Made by a program: the position numbers and the translations under genes
Shown here: positions 36,623 through 49,300 of the stretch, piece by piece
How the letters are laid out: each line of letters begins with the position of its first letter
How positions within the stretch are numbered: position 1 is the first letter of the stretch
NCBI GenBank assembly: GCA_002269645.1
Contig: NIVC01000358.1
Location: forward strand, 50,732 to 114,731
Reading direction: 5' to 3'
Origin: Macrostomum lignano
Taxonomy: Eukaryota
Length of the DNA stretch: 64,000 bases
Notes under the pieces: model-generated
What the model was told of the DNA's origin: nothing
What the model saw: the letters and a program-made list of their open reading frames with translations, nothing else
Databases searched by the model: none

Positions 36623-39600
36623 ATGCAAGCAGCAGACGATCGGCGTCTGTGCGATCCAAGCTACGGCAGTGACGGCTGCGTGCTCAGAGAACTGCTGCCC
36701 GATGTGCTGCAGTTCCTTAGTCAGGATCTTGAGCAGGAACAGCTGACTGACGCCTGCAGTGAGAAACGGCGAGCACTTTTACAGCAGTTGAGTCTGTTCA
36801 GGATTGCCCAGTGCGGCGGGCCTAGTCAAGCTGTCAAGACTAGGCGTAGCCAGCCTCCGCCACCCGTGCCGCCGCATCAACAGCAGCAGCAATCAAGTGC
36901 CACCGGTTTTGGAGGCTTTCTCACCGATGCCATGTTTAATCGTCGGTCCCAGCTTATTGGCAATAGTAGAGGCGGTAAAGGTAAGCGTATGGCATCTTAG
37001 CAACTCCCAAATTGAGCCATAGCATCTCAGCAACTCCCCATTGAGCCATGGCATCTCAGCAACTCCCCATTGAGCCATGGCATCTCAACAACTCCCCATT
37101 GAGCCATGGCATCTCAGCAACTCCCCATTGAGCCATGGCATCTCAGCAACTCCCCATTGAGCCATGACATCTCAGCAACTCCCAAGTTGAGCCATGGCAT
37201 CTCAGCAACTCCCATGTTGAGCCATGGCATCTTAGCAACTCCCATTGAGCCAATTGGCATCTCAGCAACTCCCATATTGAGCCAGTAATAGATTTAATAC
37301 TATATATTGAGTTTAATCAAACGAAAAATTGATTTTAATCATTTTCTAGATTTGAAGAATCGTAAGTCATTGCCGCCACAGGCCTTTTCAAAGTGAGTAT
37401 TTGTCAGTTTTTTTTCTTATTCTAGTGTCAACTGGGTCGTGGGGTCATTTTGGGTAAAAAAATAAAGCAGTGCAATATATAGTTGTTATAACTGATCAGC
37501 AAATTCAACTCTACAAAGTGTCCTTTCGTGTCCCTTTGTAGTTTTGGCTTCACATTTGACAAGCACGAAGCGGAGGCACCGTTGAATGAATCTGGTAAAG
37601 TTGGTCATTCTATCTCATCATTATTTTCCCCCTTGGGAGAAATATATATGTTATTCTGTATTCTTTTATTTTGTTAAAATACTATCATATTGATATATTT
37701 TCAGACTATGAGACGCCAATTTCTATGGATCTTAATGGTCAGATACTGTGAGTTTGATAACACAAAGTACTTTGGAGGGAAAGGGGTAGCGCCACTCCGT
37801 CAAGAGTCTGAGATGAAGAATGGGGGGGGGGGGTAGCGCCACTCTATCAAAAGGCTGAGAATGGGAATGGGGAGTAGCGCCACTCCATCAAGAGTCTGAG
37901 AAGGGGAATGGGGAGTAGCAACCACTCCATCAAGAGTCTGAGAAGGGGAATGGGGGGTAGCAACCACTCCATCAAGAGCCTGAGAATGGGAATGGGGAGT
38001 AGCAACCACTCCATCAAGAGTCTGAGAAGGGGAATGGGGAGTAGCAACCACTCCATCAAGAGTCTGAGAAGGGGAATGGGGAGTAGCAACCACTCCATCA
38101 AGAGTCTGAGAAGGGGAATGGGGAGTAGCAACCACTCCATCAAGAGTCTGAGAAGGGGAATGGGGAGTAGCAACCACTCCATCAAGAGTCTGAGAAGGGG
38201 AATGGGGAGTAGCAACCACTCCATCAAGAGTCTGAGAAGGGGAATGGGGAGTAGTAACCACTCCATCAAGAGTCTGAGAAGGGGAATGGGGAGTAGTAAC
38301 CACTCCATCAAGAGTCTGAGAAGGGGAATGGGGAGTAGTAACCACTCCATCAAGAGTCTGAGAAGGGGAATGGGGAGTAGCAACCACTCCATCAAGAGTC
38401 TGAGAAGTAGATGTTCAAAATTCCTATAAACTGACCCAAATCTCATCTTAATCATTGCTACTCCAGACTGCCAGGCAGACGAAGCGCTGGAGGTGCAGCT
38501 GCACCTGGCGTTTCCAGTGTGGCGTCGGCTCCTAGCATCTGCGGCGCGCTGCATCATCGTCACGAGGACACGTGCCGCTGGCAGTCGTACCCCCTGTGTC
38601 AGCTGATGCCAGCCGGGTCGCGTCTGTTGCTTTATAAGTCCTCGCGAGCCACCGGAAGCCCATCGCTGACCCTACTACTAGCTGGCTACACCGCTATATA
38701 TGTTGAACGGGAGTCTTTGGCTAATCATGTGATCAAACTGACTCATCCAAGTCTGCCAACTCACGCACTTTCTGCCGATTCTGAAGATGAAGCTCGAGCT
38801 TGGGTTGCTAAGATCAATCTTTTGCAGCAGCAGCAGCAGTTGCAGAATCTTCAGGAAATGTTTTTCCCGGGATTCAATCAGGAGCCTGACAGTGGTTTCT
38901 CTGGTCCGGTGTCTTCTAGTTCCACTGACTCCTGTGATCACCAGCAGCAGCGGAAACCGAAGTTAACAAAGTCTACTACGTTTTCTGGGCTTGGTTAGTG
39001 CAACCAAGTTTTGTCTCACTTATATTATCTCTCATCTCACCCTCATTTTGTCTCATCTCACCCTTGTTCTGTCTCATCTCACCCTCATTCTGTCTCATCT
39101 CACCCTTATTCTGTCTCATCTCAATCTTATTCTGTCTCATCTCACCCTCATTCTGTCTCATCTCACCCTTATTCTGTCTCATCTCACCCTCATTTTGTCT
39201 CATCTCACCCTTGTTCTGTCTCATCTCACCCTCATTCTGTCTCATCTCACCCTTATTCTGTCTCATCTCAATCTTATTCTGTCTCATCTCACCCTCATTC
39301 TGTCTCATCTCACCCTTATTCTGTCTCATCTCAGCCTCACTCTGTCTCATCTCACCCTCATTCTGTCTCATCTCACCCTTATTCTGTCTCATCTCACCCT
39401 TATTCTGTCTCATCTCATCCTCATTCTGTCTCATCTCAATATTATTCTGTCTCATCTCACCCTCATTCTGTCTCATCTCACCCTTATTCTGTCTCATCTC
39501 AGCCTCACTCTGTCTCATCTCACACTCATTCTGTCTCATCTCACTCATTCTGTCCCATGTTATCCTCACTCTGACTCATCTCACCCTCACTCTGTCTCGT

Positions 39601-42281
39601 CTCACTCATTCTGTCTCATCTCAGCCTCACTCTGTCTCATCTCACCCTCATTCTGTCTCATCTCACTCATTCTGTCCCATGTTATCCTCACTCTGACTCA
39701 TCTCACCCTCATTCTGTCTCGTCTCACTCATTCTGTCTCATCTCACCCTCATTCTGTCTCATCTCACTCTTCTTGTCTCATTTGACTCTCATTTTATCTC
39801 AGTCTATCTCACTCTCCTCCTCATTCTCAGTGTCTCAGTCTCCTCAGCAGTTAAGCCGCATAAGAAATCTATGATTTTGCAGGTCAGCATCACGCCGATG
39901 ATGGGGCAATACTATCAGCCGAAGCTGCGGCGGCCGCATCCGCTGCGGCGCACAGCCGCCAGCATTCCGGCGGTTTTATGCGTCGATTACGAAGCTCGTT
40001 CGGCGCCGGCAGCTCGAATCGACGGAATCAACGCGAGGCGGCGGCTGCGGCAGCGGCGGCCGAGGCGGATGCCGCCCTGGGGACAGATGACTGCTTAGTG
40101 GAGAGCGACGCTGAAGTCCGGCTTGGTGGCCAGGGGCGTTGGCTGCGGTGTCGGGCTCGGCTTCGTCGAGGCGGCCGGCTCTGTCTGCCCGGCGTGGCCG
40201 CTGAGCCCATCTTGCTGGACGATCGGACCAGCCTGCAGCCATTGAACGGCGGCGATAGCGGGGTCTCGTCGGGACCAACTGAAGTTGTGGTTGCCGGCCA
40301 GGTTGTCAGGCGGCGGCAGAAACGAAACGGCGTAGACGGTCAAGCCTGCGGTATTCGAGTCGTTCGGGTAGCTAATTATGATAATTATTATGATGTTACT
40401 AGTAGCCAATCAATGTTTGTTTACAGGGACTCGGTGTCCTAAGCTAAAACTAGACTATCATAAACTGAAGCTAGACACAGACCTAAACTGAAGCTGGACA
40501 CAGACCTAAACTGCAGCTGGACACAGTCCTAAACTGCAGCTAAACACAGACCTAAACTGAAGCTAGACACAGACCTAAACTGAAGCTGGACACAGACCTA
40601 AACTGCAGCTGGACACAGACCTAAACTGAAGCTAGACACAAACCTAAACTAAAGCTGGACACAGACCTAAACTGCAGCTGGACACAGACCTAAACTGCAG
40701 CTGGACACAGACCTAAACTAAAGCTGGACACAGACCTAAACTGCAGCTGGACACAGACCTAAACTGAAGCTGGACACAGACCTAAACTGAAGCTAGACAC
40801 AAACCTAAACTGCAGCTGGACACAGACCTAAACTGAAGCTGGACACAGACCTAAACTGCAGCTGGACACAGACCTAAACTGAAGCTAGACACAAACCTAA
40901 ACTGCAGCTGGACACAGACCTAAACTAAAGCTGGACACAGACCTAAACTGCAGCTGGACACAGACCTAAACTGAAGCTAGACACAGACCTAAACTGAAGC
41001 TAGACACAGACCTAAACTGCAGCTGGACACAAACCTAAACTGCAGCTGGACACAGACCTAAACTAAAGCTGGACACAGACCTAAACTGCAGCTGGACACA
41101 GACCTAAACTGCAGCTAGACACAGACCTAAACTGAAGCTAGACACAGACCTAAACTAAAGCTGGACACAGACCTAAACTGCAGCTAGACACAGACCTAAA
41201 CTGAAGCTGGACACAGACCTAAACTGCAGCTAGACACAGACCTAAACTGCAGCTAGACACAGACCTAAACTGAAGCTGGACACAGTCCTAAACTGCAGCT
41301 GGACACAGACCTAAACTGAAGCTAGACACAAACCTAAACTGCAGCTGGACACAGACCTAAACTAAAGCTGGACACAGACCTAAACTGCAGCTGGACACAG
41401 ACCTAAACTGAAGCTAGACACAGACCTAAACTGAAGCTAGACACAGACCTAAACTGCAGCTGGACACAAACCTAAACTGCAGCTGGACACAGACCTAAAC
41501 TAAAGCTGGACACAGACCTAAACTGCAGCTGGACACAGACCTAAACTGCAGCTAGACACAGACCTAAACTGCAGCTAGACACAGACCTAAACTGAAGCTG
41601 GACACAGTCCTAAACTGAAGCTGGACACAGTCCTAAACTGAAGCTGGACACAGACCTAAACTGCAGCTAGACACAGACCTAAACTGAAGCTGGACACAGA
41701 CCTAAACTGCAGCTAGACACAGACCTAAACTGAAGCTAGACAGACAAATCTCAGCTTTAGTTAAGTTAGATAAAGTAGTTGTGTTTAAACCACAGAACTG
41801 AGAATTCTCATAAAATGAGAATAGCATTCTAAAGCATACAAAACCTCTACTCAAACAGCAAACACCTCCGGGCTCCGCCGCTGGTGCAACTTCAACTATC
41901 GTAGCCGAACTCAAAGGCCTAGACAAACTGGCCCTAGGCGAATGGATCAAGCACATGGCCTTAGCAACCGGCATGGCCCCGCAATACGAGCCAATGCAAA
42001 CCGAGCTATTGGATTTACACAGCGCCCGCGCCCTAGTCGATAGCAGGCGTCGCGCGTCCATGCCCGAGCGTCAGTTGAATTGCCTCACTGATTTGGTGTC
42101 CGCCGCTGCCGCCTCAGGCAGAGCGCCGCGACCCCTGCCGCCTCTGCCAGACAATTCAATTACTAGCGGCTACGGCTTAGGCGGCAACACTGCCGAGTCT
42201 GGCTGCGCAGTCCAGCCCGCTGCTCCGTACTGTCTGTACGATATGGACTGCCATGAGCAGATGAGCTCAAACTGCGGCTGA
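36623..42281 (+). CDS. AFAP1-family adaptor (N-terminal SKAP/AFAP helical domain, two PH domains). Exons 36623-36980, 37350-37392, 37542-37594, 37705-37747, 38467-38993, 39883-40367, 41859-42281.
   Basis: LRELLPDVLQFL..EQEQLTDACSEKRRALL resembles SKAP2/AFAP1 N-termini. PH1: ICGAL..LLLYKSS..ALSADSEDEARAWV. PH2 ends IVAELKGLDKLALGEWIKHMALATG (cf. AFAP1 [24 protein letters not shown]). All splice phases (1,2,1,2,1,0) are compatible. Confidence 0.8.
36989..37284. repeat. Intronic minisatellite, 29-bp unit GAGCCATGGCATCTCAGCAACTCCCCATT
   Basis: Tandem array starting immediately after the exon-1 donor. Confidence 0.95.
37790..38407. repeat. Intronic minisatellite, 42-bp unit
   Basis: GAGTAGCAACCACTCCATCAAGAGTCTGAGAAGGGGAATGGG tandem copies. 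Confidence 0.95.
39010..39780. repeat. Intronic minisatellite, 21-bp unit CTCATCTCACCCTCATTCTGT
   Basis: Tandem array. Confidence 0.95.
40441..41742. repeat. Intronic minisatellite, 23-bp unit CTAAACTG(A/C)AGCT(A/G)GACACAGAC
   Basis: Tandem array of about 1.3 kb. Confidence 0.95.
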
Positions 42282-42424
42282 TAAATGTGTGGCAAAAATG
42301 TTTGACCTTTTCTATTTTAATATGCTCTTGCTAGACATTTTTTATCTTAGTCTGCATCTTCACGAGCTTAGTTACTTCTGTTCGACTTTATTAACTCTCT
42401 CTTTCCATTCCTCTTTCTCTTCAG

Positions 42425-43030
42425 TCTACTTCTCTTCTCTTTCCTGTCTGCCTCTCTCCTCTTCTCTCCTGTCTGTCTGTCTCCTCTCCTCTTCTCTCCT
42501 GTCTGTCTGTCTCCTCTTCTCTCCTGTCTGTCTGTCTCCTCTTCTCTCCTGTCTGTCTGTCTGTCTCTTCTCTTCTCTCCTGTCTGTCTGTCTCCTCTTC
42601 TCTCCTGTCTGTCTGTCTCCTCTTCTCTCCTGTCTGTCTGTCTTCTCTTCTCTTCTGTCTGTCTGTCTTCTCTTCTCTCCTGTCTGTCTGTCTTCTCTTC
42701 TCTTCTGTCTGTCTGTCTTCTCTTCTCTCCTGTCTGTCTGTCTTCTCTTCTCTCCTGTCTGTCTGTCTTCTCTTCTCTTCTGTCTGTCTGTCTCCTCTTC
42801 TCTCCTGTCTGTCTGTCTCCTCTCCTCTCCTGTCTGTCTGTCTCCTCTTCTCTTCTGTCTGTCTGTCTGTCTCCTCTTCTCTCCTGTCTGTCTGTCTCCT
42901 CTCCTCTCCTGTCTGTCTGTCTCCTCTCCTCTCCTGTCTGTCTGTCTCCTCTTCTCTCCTGTCTGTCTGTCTCCTCTCTCCTGTCCGCTTCTCTTCTCCT
43001 CTCTCCTGTCTGCCTTTCCTCTTTTCTCCT
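42425..43030. repeat. Pyrimidine-rich compound repeat (TCTCC/TCTT/TGTC blocks)
   Basis: Low-complexity tandem sequence. Confidence 0.9.
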
Positions 43031-43424
43031 TTTCGTCTTTCCCTCGTGTCTCTTGCGCTTTCCCCTTTTTCTCTGTCCTGTCTCCCTTGTGCAGTCTGTC
43101 CGAGTGTGTCAGGGAGCATTTTTTCACGCAAATAAACAACTTGATTTACATGTAAAATTTAATGTAAGTAGTTTTAATTGATAACAGCAAGTTATTCTCT
43201 AATTTTCCGTAGTTCTATGCCCAACTATACTACTCACTACCAATCGTGTTACTAGTAGTATATACAATGCAACCAGTGTCTTTTCCGTTCGCCTTCCGAC
43301 AGTCGTTTCGTGTTTTCATTTTGTGTGTTCGGCAGATCAGTTCAACAAAAATTGCTCAAAATATGTCGCGTATTAAAACCCCTGTCTTGATAGACGACTG
43401 TTATGTTTGATAAGAAACCATCCC

Positions 43425-44055
43425 CCCGTAGGCCTTGGCGTCTCAGCAATTCCCCCTGTAGGCCTTGGCATCTCAGCAATCCCCCCTAGGCCTTGGCATT
43501 TCAGCAATTCCCCCTGTAGGCCTTGGCATCTCAGCAATCCCCCCTAGGCCTTGGCATTTCAGCAATTCCCCACGTAGGCCTTGGCATCTCAGCAATTCCC
43601 CACGTAGGCCTTGACATCTCAGCAATTCCCCCCATAGGCCTTGACATGTCAGCTATTCCCCCCATAGGCCTTGGCATTTCAGCAATTCCCCACGTAGGCC
43701 TTGGCATCTCAGCAATTCCCCACGTAGGCCTTGACATCTCAGCAATTCCCCCCATAGGCCTTGACATCTCAGCAATTCCCCCCATAGGCCTTGACATCTC
43801 AGCAATTCCCCACGTAGGCCTTGACATCTCAGCAATTCCCCACGTAGGCCTTGACATCTCAGCAATTCCCCACGTAGGCCTTGACATCTCAGCAATTCCC
43901 CCCATAGGCCTTGCCATCTCAGCAATTCCCCCCATAGGCCTTGGCATCTCAGCAATTCCCCACGTAGGCCTTGACATCTCAGCAATCCCCCCCATAGGCC
44001 TTGGCATCTCAGCAATTCCCCCTGTAGGCCTTGGCATCTCAGCAATTCCCCCCTG
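43425..44055. repeat. Minisatellite, 30-bp unit GGCCTTG(G/A)CATCTCAGCAATTCCCCACGTA
   Basis: Tandem array. Confidence 0.95.
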
Positions 44056-45159
44056 AGCTTTCAAGAATTCTGGATACTAATAAGGTGGCGAGGACACGAC
44101 ATTCATACTCACTCTGGCCTGCTACCCAGTCTAAATTAAGGGTTAAAATTGTTTCAATTAGAGTAAGCCCTGATGACTTCAAAAATTGATGAGCACAAAT
44201 TAAAAAGTTACTTTTTTTCTTGCATCGAATCGCGGCGGCTTTTTTAATTGATTTTTCATTTTTATACTTTTTGTATTGTACACGGTAATACCCTGATAGT
44301 GGTATTAATATTTATCGTTTACATGATCATGAATTTTATGTCCTAATATTTTAATAGCCTTATTTCCTGTATTCACTATTGAAGTCAGTATAGTAGACTT
44401 ATTGATTAAAACTTGAGCAGGTTTCATAGATCAGTTTATAATTTCTTATTATTTCATCGCTTATTAGATGACGAGGCATTTGAAGTATAGTAAGAAAGTC
44501 ATAGTTACTCCTGCCGTTTTCCCGTCCGCGGCTGTGTTTTGTATAATTGCTTTTTTCATAAAAACCGGCTTCAATATTGTTAGCAAGCAGTTTGATTTTT
44601 TCTACAAAAAATTTTTGCTACAAAGTTTTGTATTTTTATAATCATTGTGTAGTATTCCTTGTAAATATTTATTACCAGTTACCAAAATTGTATAAAAACC
44701 AATGTATAAAACAAGAATTCTATTTAAAAACTAGTTTTTGTCAGTATTTTTTAAAGCAAAAAAACTGTTACTTTGTTTATAAAAAATCAATCCAAGTAGC
44801 TTCATCTGTTTTTTTAAAAGATTTTTATTGAACTGTGCCGAACTTGAAGTTTTTATCTGTATAATATAAAAACTTTTCGTCGAATAAATAAAAAATAATA
44901 CTACTGCTGAAGCGCTTTGAATAGTAGTGCTAAATGCAAATTTTGTTTTAAAAAATAACGAGAAAATATTAACCATATTTTAATTGTTTTTACAAGATAT
45001 TTAACTCAGAGCAAATGCAGTTATAGAAATCGTATCTGAATTCTTAGCACTACTATTTACTGATGGTTCAGTGAAAAGCGTTTATGCGCCTTCAATCAAT
45101 TAAATTCTATATTTCGTAATCTTATCAAGAGCTTGCCTTCACTTTTTTCTTCAATGCTT

Positions 45160-45625
45160 TGCCTGCTACCAATCTCCCAGATCCAGAGTTGCTGAGCCAG
45201 CCTCCCAGATCGATCCTCAGTTGCTGGGCCTCCTCAGTTGCTGGGTCGGCCTCTCAGATCCTCAGTTGCTGGGCCAGCCTCTTAGATCGATCCCCAGTTG
45301 CTGGGCTAGCCTCCCAGATCCTCAGTTGCTGGGCCAGCCTCCCAGATCCCCAGTTGCTGGGTCAGCCTCTCAGATCCTCAGTTGCTGGGCCAGCCTCTCA
45401 GATCCCCAGTTGCTGGGCCAGCCTCCCAGATCCCCAGTTGCTGGGCCAGCCTCCCAGATCCCCAGTTGCTAGGTCAGCCTGTCAGATCCTCAGTTGCTGG
45501 GCCAGCCTCCCAGATCCCCAGTTGCTGGGTCAGCCTGTCAGATCCTCAGTTGCTGGGCCAGCCTGTCAGATCCTCAGTTGCTGGGCCAGCCTTCCAGATC
45601 CTCAGCTGCTGTGCCAGCTTCAGAG
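45160..45625. repeat. Minisatellite, about 28-bp unit CCCAGATCCTCAGTTGCTGGGCCAGCCT
   Basis: Tandem array. Confidence 0.95.
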
Positions 45626-46375
45626 TGGCACTAAAGCTGCCTATTAGAATGCACCGAACACCTCGCGAAATCGGTTTAGGTCTAACCGTACGAAGTCACA
45701 GTCTTCTTATCTTCGAAACTGCTCAAGCCTCACATACCCGACCTATATAATTATGCCGTTTAGCTACGGGAAACCCATATTTTCATTGGGTTTCAAAAAC
45801 AGTGCTCCACTGTTTGTGTTGAGTCCGTTGAGTTATTATTTAGATCTTCTATTTTTTAAATAAGTGACTCTTAAGGTCTGGCGTCCCCCTCTCTCTCTGT
45901 ATATAAACTCATCAACTGTCTTGACTGGCTGCTTTCTCACTGTAGACACAAGGCGTTTTCTTGACAGGTCTGGGTATGCTGTTGGTCTATCTAAAGCTAA
46001 TACAATGGCTAGAGTAAACTCTCTCTGGTTTGGCGAATGAGTATAGAAATGCATGATGAGAAGGCATCGCCTACCCTTCACGGTCTTCTTTTTCTTAGCT
46101 ATAATTGTGTTTGATCATTTTTTCGGCTATCTCTCTACACTCCAGTTTGCACTGTGGTTGGCTGAAAAGCTCGTGCATTTAATAAAAAACCTCTACTCTC
46201 AATCTGCACCTCTCTCTCTCTCTCTAAGCTACTCTGCGTAGAGGTATAAAGGCAGTTTTTTTGTTGAAAAAGACCGTTTCAATTATTTATATTAGAAAAA
46301 TAGTATTTATTTAGTATATTTAGATTGAGAAAGACGCGGTCTAACGTGTAGCTCGAGAATTTCTGTTAGCTCAAC

Positions 46376-49300
46376 ATGGTGGTCAGGTCAGCCTTTGTCT
46401 GCCTGGTGATCTTATCATTGAGTATAGGTGAGTCTATCGGTGTCTTATGTTAGACAATTAACGCGTCGCCTGTTAGATAGGGATACAATGTACATCACCT
46501 GTTATATATGAGTACATTATCTGTTAGACACGCGGCCATCACCTGTCAGGCACACGGCCATCACCTGTTAGACACACTGCTATCACCTGTTAGACACACT
46601 GCCATCACCTGTTAGGCACAGGGCCATCACCTGTTAGACACACGGCCATCACCTGTTAGGCACAGGGCCATCACCTGTTAGACACACGGCTATCACCTGT
46701 TAGGCACACTGCCATCACCTGTTAGACACACGGCCATCACCTGTTAGACACACGGCCATCACCTGTTAGACACACGGCTATCACCTGTTAAACACACGGC
46801 CATCACCTGTTAGACACACGGCTATCACCTGTTAAACACACGGCCATCACCTGTTAGGCACACGGCCATCACCTGTTCGGCACACGGCCATCACCTGTTA
46901 GACACACGGCCATCACCTGTTAGACACACGGCCATCACCTGTTAGACACACGGCCATCACCTGTTAGGCACACTGCTATCACCTGTTAGACACACGGCCA
47001 TCACCTGTTAGACACACACTGCCATCACCTGTTAGGCACAGGGCCATCACCTGTTAGACACACGGCCATCACCTGTTAGGCACACGGCCATCACCTGTTA
47101 GACACACGGCCATCACCTGTTAGGCACACTGCTATCACCTGTTAGACACACGGCCATCACCTGTTAGACACACACTGCCATCACCTGTTAGGCACAGGGC
47201 CATCACCTGTTAGACACACGGCCATCACCTGTTAGGCACACGGCCATCACCTGTTAGGCACACTGCTATCACCTGTTAGACACACGGCCATCACCTATTA
47301 GACGCACCACCATCAGCTGTTAGGCACACGGCCCGCACCTGTTAGACAAGTTCAACCTTTATTACCGAAATTCCCTCCGCTAATCCCAGTCACCATGACA
47401 ACAGCCGCCTCCGCCTGCGGTGGCTACCGCGAAGGCCTCAACACCGGCCAGTCGTTCACCCTGACCTCGCCGAATTATCCCAGCAACTACGATAGAAATC
47501 AGCGCTGCATTTGGCTGTTTGCAGCCAAGAATGGCACCGGATTTCGTATTAATGTCACTTCAGTCAGTTTAGAGGGCACCGGCAACAACAGCACCGGCTG
47601 CAGAGACTACTTGCAGATCACGGATGGCAGCTCGGTGGCCACTGAGCTGGCCTACCTGTGCCAGGTGGGTGTCTTTGCATATTTGATTTCATATATAGAA
47701 TTTAAAGGCTTCCAGTGAGATTTCTTTAGATTGGTAATTTTCTTAGTTTTAAGAGGCGTCATGGATTTTATGGTGTTCCATGGTTTTCTGCATGTAAATG
47801 TACATGACTAAATTTCTAAATGTACTCGGTGTGGGGACGAAGCCAAGAGTTATTATTACCAACATTATTGGTGTTGTCAGCGCTCATTTTAGCGCCTCAG
47901 GCACTCATTTTGGGGCCTCAGGCTCTCATTTTGGTGCCTCAGACTTTCATTTTGACACCATTTTAGTGCCATTTTGGTTCCACTAACTACCGCAAACATT
48001 TTCAGGTGTCGAGTCCGTTACTATTAACAGCTAATCGTGTCTACCTGTGGGTGAAATTTCAAAGCAATCACCAAATCCAAGGCGCAGGATTTCAGATGAC
48101 AGTAACTACAGTGACTGACATCACTTCTGTTAGCAACAGCACGCCTGTAAAATGTGCGTTGGAGATTAAAATCCCCTTTTCTAAGCTTAGTTGTAATTAA
48201 AATCCCATTACCTATCCCCAATTAGGATTGAAACGAAATCCCATAACATATTACAAAATAGGATTGAAATCCCATCACATGTACCTATTCCCAATTAGGA
48301 TCAAAATCCCATTACCTATCCCCAATTAGGATCGAAATCCCATCACATGTACCTATTCCCAATTAGGATCAAAATCCCATTACCTATCCCCAATTAGGAT
48401 TGAAATCCCATCACATGTACCTATTCCCAATTAGGATCAAAATCCCATTACCTATTCACAATGAAGATCAAAATCCCATTTCCTATCCCCAATTAGGGTC
48501 AAAATTCCATTACCAATTCCTAATTAGGATCAAAATCCTAGTTCCTATTTTTCAATTAGGATTAAAATCCCATTACCTATCCACAGTTAGGATCAAAATC
48601 CCATTACGTATAGGATCAAAATCCCATTACCTATAGGATCAAAATCCCATTACCTATAGGATCAAAATCCTATTACCTATTCCCATGAAGATCCAAATCC
48701 TATTGCCTATTACCAATTAAGAAGCATAATCCATTTTTTCCTAAACTGGGATAAAAATCCCCATGTACACGTATGCATCGAATCAACATCGAGTTATCCC
48801 CTAACCGCAGCATGTAAAAATAGGTACACCTGTCCGAACAAGGAGTGCGTTTATCAGGGCAGTCTGTGCGACAACATCAACGACTGCGGCTGCGATGACT
48901 ATGGTTGCGACGAGACCAAATGTTGGAAATTCGAATTTCTTAACGGTGAAGAACTGATGGGAGTTTTACTGATTCACTAGGATCAGTTGGGATTCAGATC
49001 CCCATAATATCAATAATTGGGATTCAGATCCCCATAATCTCAACAATAGGGATTTAGAACCCCCTTATCTCAACATTGGGATTCAGATCCCCATAATCTC
49101 AAACAATTGGGATTTAGATCCCCATAATCTCAAACAATTGGGATTTAGATCCCCATAATCTCAAACAATTGGGATTTAGATCCCCATAATCTCAAACAAT
49201 TGGGATTTAGATCCCCATAATCTCAAACAATTGGGATTTAGATCCCCATAATCTCAAACAATTAGGATTTAGATCCCCATAATCTCAAACAATTGGGATT

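Noticed and set aside
37800-39785. Repetitive ORFs (TPHSPSQTLDGVV, MRQNEGE, SHLTLIL, etc.)
   Set aside because: They are intronic minisatellites inside the AFAP-like gene.
40441-41742. Regular 23-bp array as a possible CRISPR
   Set aside because: No unique spacers, no cas genes, eukaryotic context. The same applies to all other arrays.
42289-43155. Leu/Ser-rich and Arg/Glu-rich ORFs on both strands
   Set aside because: Low-complexity CT repeat
46053-46241. MMRRHRLPFTVFFFLAII as the signal exon of the CUB gene
   Set aside because: No suitable donor. Exon 46376-46427 gives a better signal peptide and the correct phase.
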